DNA from: an uncultured virus (IMG/VR IMGVR_UViG_3300017776_000001)
Lineage: Duplodnaviria > Heunggongvirae > Uroviricota > Caudoviricetes
Strand: one strand, 5' to 3'
DNA length: 64,000 nt
Virus record (IMG/VR): IMGVR_UViG_3300017776_000001
Coordinates: 1 to 64,000 of that record
The number at the start of each line of letters is the position of its first letter. Positions within the stretch are counted from its first letter, which is position 1. Positions 27,459 through 37,235 of the stretch are shown here, one piece after another. A program made the position numbers and the translations under genes. The notes beneath the pieces were generated by a model. The model saw nothing but the letters and a program-made list of their open reading frames with translations, had not been told where the DNA came from and searched no databases.

Positions 27459-28948
27459 TGGCATTTACAGTACAAGTTCCAACATCTTTTGGATGTTCAC
27501 CCGATACGATATTTTCTTTACCAACTAAGGAAGACTTAGTCAATGCACTTAATCAGATTGCACAGATACCAAGTCAACTCAGAGTTGCACTTGTTACTAT
27601 GGCAGATGAACTTACAGAAGACTTACGTAATGAGATAAAGGAACTTATAAAGACTATAGAAGATTTTATTGACAAGTTACAAAAACTTCTGAGTCCATAT
27701 TGGGAGAAACTCAAGGTCAGGGATTGGCAGAAAGAAATTAATGATGCAATCACTGAACTGATTCAGGAGTTTCATATTTACATACCAAGAAAGATTGCAG
27801 AAATTATATCAAAGTTAATACCAATAGAATTAGTATTTAAGTTTGCTGGTCTTGCAATAGATATCGTTAGAATTTTTGACCCCACATATCAATCAGAGAT
27901 AAGAGCTCAGATACTTGCAAACATTGATAAGTTCTTTTCTGCAATACCCGAAAAGTTTAGGTCGTGGAGAGCTGAGTTTGGTGTATTGTGTGATGAGTGG
28001 AAAGCAAAGGTAACTTGGCAATATATTAAAACAGAGATACAGGGATTTCTAACTAATGGACTACATGGTGTCTTCGGTAAATTGATTGATAAATTTGATA
28101 AGATATGGGATGCATTAGGATTACCTTCACTGGTGAAATTATTCACAATGCCTGATATCGGTGCATTGATTGATAATGCAATTCAATCATTCATGGAAAG
28201 AAGAAAAGAGTTACTCAAAAAACTTCAAGACCTCAATCTTGCTGAAGAGGCAAAGAAAGCTATCAGGGAAGAACTAAAAAAAATTAGTGAAAAGATTGAT
28301 GAAGTGTTAAACAATTTATCGGTGTTTGGATTTGACATACTATCAATCATCGGTGGTAAGATAAAAACAACTGTACAGTCATTAGAACAAAAGATTATGG
28401 AAATCAAAATTGCATTTCAAGAATTTTGTCAGAACTGGCAGAAGAAATTGTTATTTGATTGGGTCAAGATTGTCAAGAAGTTTTTCAGTGCAATCGGATT
28501 AGGAAAGTTATTTGATTTATTAACAATTACATTTTGTGATTTCTTAAAACTAATAGGATTCCCACCAGCAATTCCAACCATTGTTGGTATCAGTGGTGTA
28601 ATAAGTGTACAACAAGTTACACCTAATAATGATAATTCAGATAGAATACAAAAGATTGATTCAGAAACACAAAGTCAATCATCAGATACCATTGTTGATG
28701 GAAAATTAGTACAGAGATTCATAAGGTTTAATGATGCTGGAAGTGATGAGGGTGTTTCAAGTTTTACTGCAAACGGAGTGACAGATACCTTTGCTATACC
28801 ATCAGGTGACGGTACCCTAATGGTCTTCATAGATGGAGAAGAACAAGTTGGACTTCCACTTGTAGGAACATATACAACCAGTTCAGGTAACGTTGTTTTC
28901 AATAGTACACCTGTTTTAGGAAGTAGTGTTTCAATTATCAAAGTTTAG
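27458..28948 (+). CDS. Hypothetical baseplate-region protein (amphipathic helical body plus small C-terminal beta module)
   Basis: 496 aa between gp5 and gp25. Confidence 0.7.
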   Translation: MAFTVQVPTSFGCSPDTIFSLPTKEDLVNALNQIAQIPSQLRVALVTMADELTEDLRNEIKELIKTIEDFIDKLQKLLSPYWEKLKVRDWQKEINDAITELIQEFHIYIPRKIAEIISKLIPIELVFKFAGLAIDIVRIFDPTYQSEIRAQILANIDKFFSAIPEKFRSWRAEFGVLCDEWKAKVTWQYIKTEIQGFLTNGLHGVFGKLIDKFDKIWDALGLPSLVKLFTMPDIGALIDNAIQSFMERRKELLKKLQDLNLAEEAKKAIREELKKISEKIDEVLNNLSVFGFDILSIIGGKIKTTVQSLEQKIMEIKIAFQEFCQNWQKKLLFDWVKIVKKFFSAIGLGKLFDLLTITFCDFLKLIGFPPAIPTIVGISGVISVQQVTPNNDNSDRIQKIDSETQSQSSDTIVDGKLVQRFIRFNDAGSDEGVSSFTANGVTDTFAIPSGDGTLMVFIDGEEQVGLPLVGTYTTSSGNVVFNSTPVLGSSVSIIKV

Positions 28949-28950
28949 TG

Positions 28951-28958
28951 TATAAATA
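28951..28958 (+). promoter_or_regulatory. T4 late promoter
   Basis: TATAAATA just upstream of gp25. Confidence 0.75.
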
Positions 28959-28963
28959 GTATT

Positions 28964-29389
28964 ATGGCATATGAAAAAATCAAATCAAGTGGTAAAACAG
29001 TAGCAGAAAAAGTCTATGCAGACTTGGATTTGTTTTTCAGACCACATCCTATTACAGGTGATATATCATTGAAATATGATACCGATGCAATCAAGAGAGC
29101 TGTACGTAATATTATGATGACTAACTATTATGAGAGACCGTTCAAGCCAGGATTTGGTAGTAATATAAGGGAGATGTTATTTGAATTAGATAACCCTAGA
29201 TTTCATTACAAGTATGCAGAAGATATTAAAAAAACTATTTTAGATTTTGAACCAAGAGTTACAGGAGTAGAAGTAAATTTCGGAGAAGTAACAAGTAGAG
29301 GAGAAGTGGACGTGAAAATATCTTACAAAATTAGACAAACGAATTTAGATAAACAACAATTAACAGTTACTTTAAGTAGGGTAAGATAA
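28964..29389 (+). CDS. 25: Baseplate wedge subunit gp25
   Basis: DLDLFFRPHPITGD, AIKRAVRNI..T...ERPFKPGFGS, FEPRV. Confidence 0.95.
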   Translation: MAYEKIKSSGKTVAEKVYADLDLFFRPHPITGDISLKYDTDAIKRAVRNIMMTNYYERPFKPGFGSNIREMLFELDNPRFHYKYAEDIKKTILDFEPRVTGVEVNFGEVTSRGEVDVKISYKIRQTNLDKQQLTVTLSRVR

Positions 29390-31260
29390 TGGCAAAAGTA
29401 AAAAGTTCAACACTCAACGTTACAGACATAGGTTTCGATGACATATCCGATAACCTCAAAAACTTCCTAAAAGGACAAGATGCATTTAAGGATTATAACT
29501 TCGAAGGTTCTAACCTTGCAACACTGATTGACCTTCTTGCATATTCATCTCATATTTCTGCATTCAATACTAACCTTGCAGCTAGTGAGATGTTTTTAGA
29601 TTCTGCACAAATCAGAAAGAATGTAGTATCACGTGCAAAAGATTTAGGTTTCACACCTTCAAGTGTATCAAGTGCAACATCAGTTTTTGATATAGAGTTG
29701 GTAGGAGTCAGGAATGCAGATTCAACCATTCCATCGTCTGCAGCTATGACAATACCTAGAGGACAAAGATTCTCAACTGTTTACAACGGAACAACATACG
29801 AGTTTGTGTGTACTGCATCTGTAACCCCTACTCAGAATGGTACTACTTTCTCGTACCCTAGTATTAATGTAAAACAAGGTGTGTATGTAACTGATACATT
29901 TGTTTATGATTCAACAGAACAGAATCCAAAGTTTGTATTGTCTAATCTTAGAGCAGATGTTATAACACTAGGTGTAAAATTAATCAGTGATGGAAAACCA
30001 TCAAACTATACTAAGGCAGATAATGTATCATCCATCACTACCACTGCAAAGGTTTACTTCACTCAGGAAAACGAAGATGGTTACACAGAATTTTATTTTG
30101 GAGATGATACACTAGGTGCAAAACCTTTCGATGGTGATATCATTCAGGTCACATATCTTGTAACAGATGTGATACATGCAAACGGTGCTTTAAACTTTGC
30201 ACTAGTAGATAACATCAATGGGTTTTCAGATGCATCAATACAAAATGTTACACCTGCTTACGGTGGTGCAGAAAAAGAATCTATCGAATCAATTAAATTT
30301 AAAGCATCTAAATCATATGCATCACAGAACAGATTAGTAACACTTGATGACTACAAATCTAAAGTGTCAGAGTTCTATCCGAATGCAGATGCAATTGCAA
30401 TATGGGGTGGTGAAGATAATAACCCACCCGAATATGGTAAGATATTCTTATCATTAAAACCAGTTAACAGTAATTACCTCTCAGAAGCTGAGAAGGCAAA
30501 TGTAGTTTCAAAATTGAGAGACCTCAATATGTTAACTGTAAGACCAGTCATCGTAGATGCAAAAGTAATTGACATCGTACTTGATGTTGTTTTCAAATAC
30601 AATCCAAGAGAAGCAACAGTTAGTTTGGGTGAACTGGAAAGTGCAGTAGAAACTGCAGTAGAAAATTATGATAGTAACTTCCTAAATGGATTTGATTCTA
30701 TCTTTAGGTATTCTAAGTTTTCTAATGCAATAGATATTGCAAACTCATCTATACTATCAAGTATATCAAGAGTCAAATTAAAATATGAACAAATTATTAC
30801 CAAGAATAAATCATTAGGTTATACTATTAATTTTGGTAATGGATTATATCATCCTCATGATGGACACAATTCAATGGGTGGTGGTATATTACAAACAACA
30901 GGTTTTAAAATTTCAGGAGATAGTGTAAATACACAGTTCTTTGATGATGATGGTAAAGGTAATTTAAGACGTTACTATCAGTCAGGTGCAAACAGAGTTT
31001 ATGTAGACTCTGAGGCAGGAACTGTTAACTATGGTACTGGAGAAATAAAGATTGATGGAATTAACATAACTGATACAAGTAATGCTGATTCTACCATAGC
31101 CTTCACTATAACACCAGTCAGTAATGACATCGTTTCATCTAGAGGTCAATTAATTGACATCAAGTTGAGTAACACAACGGTTAAAGGTGAGGCAGACACC
31201 ATCGCAAGTGGTGAATCGAGTGCTGGAGTTGGATTTAGTTCAACCCCAACATACTCATAA
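29389..31260 (+). CDS. 6: Baseplate wedge subunit gp6
   Basis: FKDYNFEGSNL..LIDLLAY, EMFLDSAQIR, FGD, QNRLVT..DY, WGGEDNNPPEYGKIF. Confidence 0.96.
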   Translation: MAKVKSSTLNVTDIGFDDISDNLKNFLKGQDAFKDYNFEGSNLATLIDLLAYSSHISAFNTNLAASEMFLDSAQIRKNVVSRAKDLGFTPSSVSSATSVFDIELVGVRNADSTIPSSAAMTIPRGQRFSTVYNGTTYEFVCTASVTPTQNGTTFSYPSINVKQGVYVTDTFVYDSTEQNPKFVLSNLRADVITLGVKLISDGKPSNYTKADNVSSITTTAKVYFTQENEDGYTEFYFGDDTLGAKPFDGDIIQVTYLVTDVIHANGALNFALVDNINGFSDASIQNVTPAYGGAEKESIESIKFKASKSYASQNRLVTLDDYKSKVSEFYPNADAIAIWGGEDNNPPEYGKIFLSLKPVNSNYLSEAEKANVVSKLRDLNMLTVRPVIVDAKVIDIVLDVVFKYNPREATVSLGELESAVETAVENYDSNFLNGFDSIFRYSKFSNAIDIANSSILSSISRVKLKYEQIITKNKSLGYTINFGNGLYHPHDGHNSMGGGILQTTGFKISGDSVNTQFFDDDGKGNLRRYYQSGANRVYVDSEAGTVNYGTGEIKIDGINITDTSNADSTIAFTITPVSNDIVSSRGQLIDIKLSNTTVKGEADTIASGESSAGVGFSSTPTYS

Positions 31261-31331
31261 TGATGAAAAACGTGACGCGAGTCCCGCGAGTAGTTTCCCG
31301 TTAACTCGGATTATATTTTTAGGAGAAAAAA

Positions 31332-31817
31332 ATGGCAGATAAAAAAATAACAGCATTGTCACCAATTGCTTCAACAGAAGTTCAATCGGATGACCTATTG
31401 CACATCGTAGATAACCCCGGCGGTACACCAGTAAACAAAAAAATGTCACTGGCAACTTTGTTCCAAAACATCCCAAGTACTATAGCTTGTGATTCAATTG
31501 AAACAGAAACAACTGCACAAACTAATTTGGGTAGTAATGACACATTAGTAACTAAGATTGATATCTCAGGTTCTAACACAGACATTGCATACACATTGGA
31601 TAATGGTAACCATGTCGGACAGTTAAAAATTATTATCATGACAACAGACCCAGGCGATGCAGCTGCAGACGCAAACATCACAGTAACTAGTTGGGGTTCA
31701 TCCTCAGCATCTTCAAACCAAATCATCTTAGATGGTAAAGGTGAGTCAGTTATTTGTTTATGGGATGGTTCTGCATGGTATTCAATTGCTGAATCTGGCG
31801 GTGCGACAGTAGCTTAG
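31332..31817 (+). CDS. Virion structural protein
   Basis: MADKKITAL...DLLHIVD...NKK N-terminus typical of fibre/baseplate accessory proteins; AGGAG SD. Confidence 0.7.
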   Translation: MADKKITALSPIASTEVQSDDLLHIVDNPGGTPVNKKMSLATLFQNIPSTIACDSIETETTAQTNLGSNDTLVTKIDISGSNTDIAYTLDNGNHVGQLKIIIMTTDPGDAAADANITVTSWGSSSASSNQIILDGKGESVICLWDGSAWYSIAESGGATVA

Positions 31818-31830
31818 TAGGTAACTATTA

Positions 31831-34800
31831 ATGAAAACATATAAGACGGTACACAATTTATCGGATAGATTAGTAAATCTCTTACCCGATTACGTAAGGG
31901 ACGAATCACCCGAATTTGTTGCTTTCTTAGATGCATATTTTGATTTTCTAGAGTCGGACATTCTGACTCTAGAATCTCAAGGTGAACTTCAAACCTTAGG
32001 GTTAGAAGATGGTGGTGGAAGTATCATTCAAGAAACTGAAACTGCTAAACCAACCCCTATGGTGGACAATAAGTTCACTGTATGGGACGGTGCTAATCTC
32101 GACTTATCTAATACTCAACCTTTTGAAGTCGGTGAGTATCTTGTTGGTAAGACATCGGGTGCATTAGCAAAGATAAAAGTAATCAATGATAAGGTCATGT
32201 ATCTAGACATGATTACTGATTACAATTTTAGAGAGGGTGAACAAGTCCTCGGAAGAACCAGTAATCAAACTGGTAAAGTAAAAACACATAGACAGAATTC
32301 TATACTTGCAAATAACAAGTTATTAGATTATTCTGATATCGACAGAACAACAGAAGAGTTTCTTGCATATTTCCAAAAAGACTTCATGCCTTCGATTGAT
32401 TTCTTGATTGAGGCAGACAAGAAACTTATTATAAAACATATTAAAGATTTATACAAGACTAAGGGTACAAAAGAATCCCTAGAGTTCTTGTTCAGAATTC
32501 TTTACAAAGAGAATGCAGAAGTTGTGTATCCTATTGATAACACACTGCATGTATCAGACTCAGGTTGGAAACAAAAGAACTTTATACAAGTTAGAATGGA
32601 TGAACCTAGATTTCAACCACCATCACATGGTAAAATTGTACAAAAGGATTCACTAGGTAATAAGGTTGCAGAAGCTGTAATCGAAGGTGTATTCTTTGAC
32701 CCCAACTCTGAGATTAATTACAAAGTACAAATATCAGATTTTCACTTTGGTGAGTTTACAGTAGATGGTTTGATAGAAGTTGAAAACCGTAAAACTAAAG
32801 AAATACAAACAGGAATACTTAGAGGTGTAATATCAGGTACAACTACAGATGTAGGTTATTCTAATACATTTATACTTGAAGATAACTCAGGGGATTTGTT
32901 ATTAGAAGATGGAACAGGGTTCATTAATGAAGATGACACTCCAACACTTGGTTCACTTTATACATTAACTGATAATGTAATTTTTGAATCAGGTAAAGGT
33001 GATGACGCAACTGATGCTACAGGTCAAGTGGATGGTTTGACATCAGGGTCTGTTACAGAAGTTTATGTATCCGAACAGGGTAGTGGATTTAAGGATGGTG
33101 ACTTAGTTATATTTGATAACTCAGGAACTGGTGGTTCAGGTGCATTAGGTAGAATCGAAGCTGTAGGTGACATTATGTTATCTGAATCAGGTGTACACTT
33201 TGGACACTTCGAATATACTGCAACGTCAGGACAAACAGTGGTATCAGGATTAGATGATAACAATCTATTCATGGCATTCGATGAAAACACTGTAAGAATT
33301 GATGTTAATGGTATAACCAAAACAACAGGGTTCACCATAAATGACAATCTTGATACAATAACATTTACCACTGCATTGAATGGTGGAGATTTTGTAGAAG
33401 TATTTGGACAGTTTAATAGTATACTTGCTGAAGACGGAACACCACTAACATATGATAGTGTAGACGGACTATCTGCACCCACAGGAATTAGAAAAGTAAC
33501 TATACTCAATCAGGGTGCTGGGTACAACTCATTACCAATCGCTGCACCTGGCGGTTACATTTATATGAGTGCAACACACTTATCAGGATTCCAAGTAGGT
33601 GAAACAATTACAGGAGCAGGTGGTGGAACTAGTAAAATCGTCTACATTGATAATGACAGGAATAGATTAGAAGTTCAAAGAAGACCTGAGGATTCAGGGT
33701 CATTTAACACCAACGAAACAATCACAGGTTTACAGTCTACTGCAACAGGTACAATAACACAACACAATGTACCATCAGGAACTAATGCAAAAATTCTTAC
33801 TTACTCAACAACTATAGGTGGGGTTGGTTCACTTCGAATGACAGAAGTGGGTAATAAGTATAACACACATGGTACAATAAAGTCAAGTAGTACTTTCCCA
33901 ATGTTAATTACAGTACCATCAAATGTACTTGCACGTGGAACTACCATTACAGGTAATACAACAGGTGCAACAGGTATTGTTATAGATTACAATACAACAA
34001 CAAGTGTTTTAAAATTTAAAGACCTCACAGGTTATTTCAAAGAAGGAGAACAACTAAACTATAGTGGTGGAACTTCTAAGGTTGCAAAGTTCAATCCTAT
34101 TAGAGCAATGGGTAACTTTGTCGGTGAGGCAATAGAAGATGGAAACTTTGCAAATGACTACGGTTACCTAGATGCATCTGCAATGAACATCTTTGATAGT
34201 AAGTATTATCAAACACATTCATATGTAATCAAGGTTGGTGAATCTATCAACAAATGGAGGTCTATTGTTAAGAACCTCATTCACCCAGCAGGACATATAT
34301 TCTTTGGTGAGGTTGCAATTAGAACAAACGTTAATGCAACTGCAGATGTATATAACAGGACATTCGATAGTACTGAAACAACAAGAGCATTTATACCTAC
34401 ACTTATTATTGGTTCAAAAGTAGATTCAATAGATTTACTATGGGAAGATGAAACATGGAATACAGAAGATGACAATGCAGTTAATAATTATTATCCTGTA
34501 GAACTTGAAGATTCATTAGACGGTAAACTAAAAGCTGAAAGGTATATCAACGGTGTTGTTTATGACAGTGAAAATGATACAAATGTAACAGGTATCATTG
34601 ACCAAATAACAGGTCAAGGATATGTCATAGGTACAGAGATTTCTGAAAGTGATGATAGTTTTGTTTCTAGGGTATTAGAAGTAGAAGCTAAGATTAACTC
34701 AACACACAAAGTGTTTGTCATCATGGAGACTAGAGAAGACGAACTCAATGATGATGTAATAGTATTAAGAGAAGCAGGTATACCGAGTGCAACTACAGAC

Positions 34801-35700
34801 CCAAGAACAGGTAGTGCAATCAAACCAACAACTTATGATATTGTAAGTGTATCAAACCCAGCAGGTGCAAAATCAGGTGCATTTACTGAGGTTGGTGATA
34901 GTTCACATAGAGCAAGACACTTAAACTTGTTTGTCATCAATTCATTTGCATCATCGTTTACACAAGTAGGATTGAGACAAGAGGGTGGTATATCGGGTGA
35001 CATTGCAAAGACATCATTATCACTTGATTTCAATAACAATGAATATCAAACAAGAGAAGACTTAATCACAGGTGGTAGTTTTAGACCATCAGACAAGGGT
35101 AAGGTTATTCAGTTTGATTCATATGCAGAAGAGTTTTTAATAATGGAAGATGGTTTTAAACTGATTCAAGAACCTGTAGATAACTTCTTGGTACAAGAAC
35201 CACCATCAAATGAATTCCAACAAGACCATGTAGACGATGAACAATCATATCCTAATCAATCACATGACCAACATGATGGTGATGGATTACTATTTGAAAC
35301 TGCAACAATCAATACCGATGGAGTTAATATCGGTAATGATAAATGGATATTAGAAGATGCAACACTAACAGTCAGGGATGATTACTTTATCACTGAAAGA
35401 AGTTTAGGTGTATCATCTACAGTTTCAAGTGCAAGATTAGGCCCTACTTTACGAAGTATAAATATAATATCAAATCAAAGAGCATTTGACATAGCATATT
35501 ATATCCATCATTACGGAGATGACGATGGAATATTATTAGAAAATGAAGGTGGAAAGGTTATGGATGAGAGAAGTAATCTCGAAGGACTTAGAGTCCGAGA
35601 CTTAAATGATTACTATTCTTCCTTCTTAGTACCCGATTTTGAGCAAAAAGCAAACAGAAAATCAAATATTACACTTTCTTCCTATGTTAGCTCAGGTTGA
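31831..35700 (+). CDS. 7: Baseplate wedge initiator gp7-like
   Basis: LPDYVRDESPEFVAFLDAYFDFLE, IKDLYKTKGT..SLEFLFRILY, DSKYYQTHSYVIK...HPAG; lies between 6 and 8. Confidence 0.85.
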   Translation: MKTYKTVHNLSDRLVNLLPDYVRDESPEFVAFLDAYFDFLESDILTLESQGELQTLGLEDGGGSIIQETETAKPTPMVDNKFTVWDGANLDLSNTQPFEVGEYLVGKTSGALAKIKVINDKVMYLDMITDYNFREGEQVLGRTSNQTGKVKTHRQNSILANNKLLDYSDIDRTTEEFLAYFQKDFMPSIDFLIEADKKLIIKHIKDLYKTKGTKESLEFLFRILYKENAEVVYPIDNTLHVSDSGWKQKNFIQVRMDEPRFQPPSHGKIVQKDSLGNKVAEAVIEGVFFDPNSEINYKVQISDFHFGEFTVDGLIEVENRKTKEIQTGILRGVISGTTTDVGYSNTFILEDNSGDLLLEDGTGFINEDDTPTLGSLYTLTDNVIFESGKGDDATDATGQVDGLTSGSVTEVYVSEQGSGFKDGDLVIFDNSGTGGSGALGRIEAVGDIMLSESGVHFGHFEYTATSGQTVVSGLDDNNLFMAFDENTVRIDVNGITKTTGFTINDNLDTITFTTALNGGDFVEVFGQFNSILAEDGTPLTYDSVDGLSAPTGIRKVTILNQGAGYNSLPIAAPGGYIYMSATHLSGFQVGETITGAGGGTSKIVYIDNDRNRLEVQRRPEDSGSFNTNETITGLQSTATGTITQHNVPSGTNAKILTYSTTIGGVGSLRMTEVGNKYNTHGTIKSSSTFPMLITVPSNVLARGTTITGNTTGATGIVIDYNTTTSVLKFKDLTGYFKEGEQLNYSGGTSKVAKFNPIRAMGNFVGEAIEDGNFANDYGYLDASAMNIFDSKYYQTHSYVIKVGESINKWRSIVKNLIHPAGHIFFGEVAIRTNVNATADVYNRTFDSTETTRAFIPTLIIGSKVDSIDLLWEDETWNTEDDNAVNNYYPVELEDSLDGKLKAERYINGVVYDSENDTNVTGIIDQITGQGYVIGTEISESDDSFVSRVLEVEAKINSTHKVFVIMETREDELNDDVIVLREAGIPSATTDPRTGSAIKPTTYDIVSVSNPAGAKSGAFTEVGDSSHRARHLNLFVINSFASSFTQVGLRQEGGISGDIAKTSLSLDFNNNEYQTREDLITGGSFRPSDKGKVIQFDSYAEEFLIMEDGFKLIQEPVDNFLVQEPPSNEFQQDHVDDEQSYPNQSHDQHDGDGLLFETATINTDGVNIGNDKWILEDATLTVRDDYFITERSLGVSSTVSSARLGPTLRSINIISNQRAFDIAYYIHHYGDDDGILLENEGGKVMDERSNLEGLRVRDLNDYYSSFLVPDFEQKANRKSNITLSSYVSSG

Positions 35701-35703
35701 TTG

Positions 35704-35711
35704 TATAAATA
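35704..35711 (+). promoter_or_regulatory. T4 late promoter
   Basis: TATAAATA upstream of gp8. Confidence 0.75.
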
Positions 35712-35738
35712 GTTTATATCAATTGGAGATTTTAAAAA

Positions 35739-37193
35739 ATGGCAGCTATAATTACAGAAAAGTTTAGGATTAATAATGCTAAACAATTTAAAGAAGATTT
35801 TGGGGAAGCAGGTTCCTCAACATACCTCTTTATAGGACGACCTTATCTTTGGGGAACAGATGATACTGTAGAAACCCCAATCAATGCGATTGGAGATGAG
35901 ATTGATGCTTATGAAGATATGGTTTCACTTAAAAAAGTGAACACTGCAGACGTATCACACGGTCTTGCAAGAAGAGATTGGACATCAGGTACAATCTATG
36001 ACGAATATGCACACGATTATTCATCATCAAACACAGCTCCTTCAGGTGCAACAGGTTTGTATGATTCAAAATTCTATGTTATCACAGATGAATACAATGT
36101 ATACAAGTGTATTAGAACTGGAAGAAACACTTCAGGTACTGCAGTTGCATCAACTGTAAAACCAACAGGTGTTGACCCCGACAACCTAGTAGCAACAACA
36201 GATACTGGTGCTGGTTCAGGTAGAGGATACCTTTGGAAATACATATACACTGTAAGTGCATCAGATGTTATCAAATTCGTAACAAACGATTTTATCCCAG
36301 TTAAAACATTGGGAGCTCAAACAGAAGTAAACGGAGAGACAGGACTCGGTTCAGCTGCCGGTGACGATGGTTCTGCTCAATGGGATGTTGAAAACAACGC
36401 AGACGATGGTGAAGTACTACACGTCAGAGTCACTAATGGTGGTTCAGGTTACACTAATGGTACATACACAAGTGTTCCTATCAAAGGAGATGGTTCAAGT
36501 GGTACATGTACAGTTGTTGTAGCTTCAAATGCAATCAAATACGTCACAATAACAAACGAAGGAAGTGGTTACAGAAGAGCATCAATTAATATCGGTGATA
36601 TCTCAGGTATCGGTTCAGGTTCAGGTGGTTCATTAACACCAATCATATCTCCAATTTATGGTCATGGTGCAGACCCAGTTTCTGAACTAGGTGGAAACTA
36701 TGTAATCGTCAACTCTAGATTAGAGTTTGCAGAAGGTGAGGGAGATTTCCCAACAGACAACGATTTTAGAAGAATCGGATTAGTTAAAGACCCATTCGAA
36801 GATGGAACAACAACAGTTGCAACTGCACCTACACTAGCTGCATACGATAAGATAACACTATCGAGTGTATCAGGTCTTGCAATTGACGACATCATTAGAA
36901 ATGCATCATCAGATGGTGCTGGTGTTGCAAACGGAAGAGTCGTATCAATCGACACAACAAATAAAATAGTATCTTACTTGAAAGTTGCAAATAATGATAA
37001 TACATATCATGCATTCTCAAGTACAAATACAGTGTTTGTCGGTTCAGGTACAATTGGTACAGTATCGGCAGTTGATGAAAACTATCCCGAAGTTGAAAGA
37101 CATTCAGGTAATGTTACCTACATTGAAAACAGGGGTGCAGTATCAAGAGCTGCAGACCAAATAGAAGACATTAAACTCATTATTGAGATGTAA
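35739..37193 (+). CDS. 8: Baseplate wedge subunit gp8
   Basis: MAAIITEKFRINNA, YNVYKC, YLWKYIY, NDFRRIGL, RAADQIEDIKLIIE. Confidence 0.95.
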   Translation: MAAIITEKFRINNAKQFKEDFGEAGSSTYLFIGRPYLWGTDDTVETPINAIGDEIDAYEDMVSLKKVNTADVSHGLARRDWTSGTIYDEYAHDYSSSNTAPSGATGLYDSKFYVITDEYNVYKCIRTGRNTSGTAVASTVKPTGVDPDNLVATTDTGAGSGRGYLWKYIYTVSASDVIKFVTNDFIPVKTLGAQTEVNGETGLGSAAGDDGSAQWDVENNADDGEVLHVRVTNGGSGYTNGTYTSVPIKGDGSSGTCTVVVASNAIKYVTITNEGSGYRRASINIGDISGIGSGSGGSLTPIISPIYGHGADPVSELGGNYVIVNSRLEFAEGEGDFPTDNDFRRIGLVKDPFEDGTTTVATAPTLAAYDKITLSSVSGLAIDDIIRNASSDGAGVANGRVVSIDTTNKIVSYLKVANNDNTYHAFSSTNTVFVGSGTIGTVSAVDENYPEVERHSGNVTYIENRGAVSRAADQIEDIKLIIEM

Positions 37194-37235
37194 TCAAGTT
37201 CTTAGAACTTTAAACTAAAATATTGGTAGAAATTT

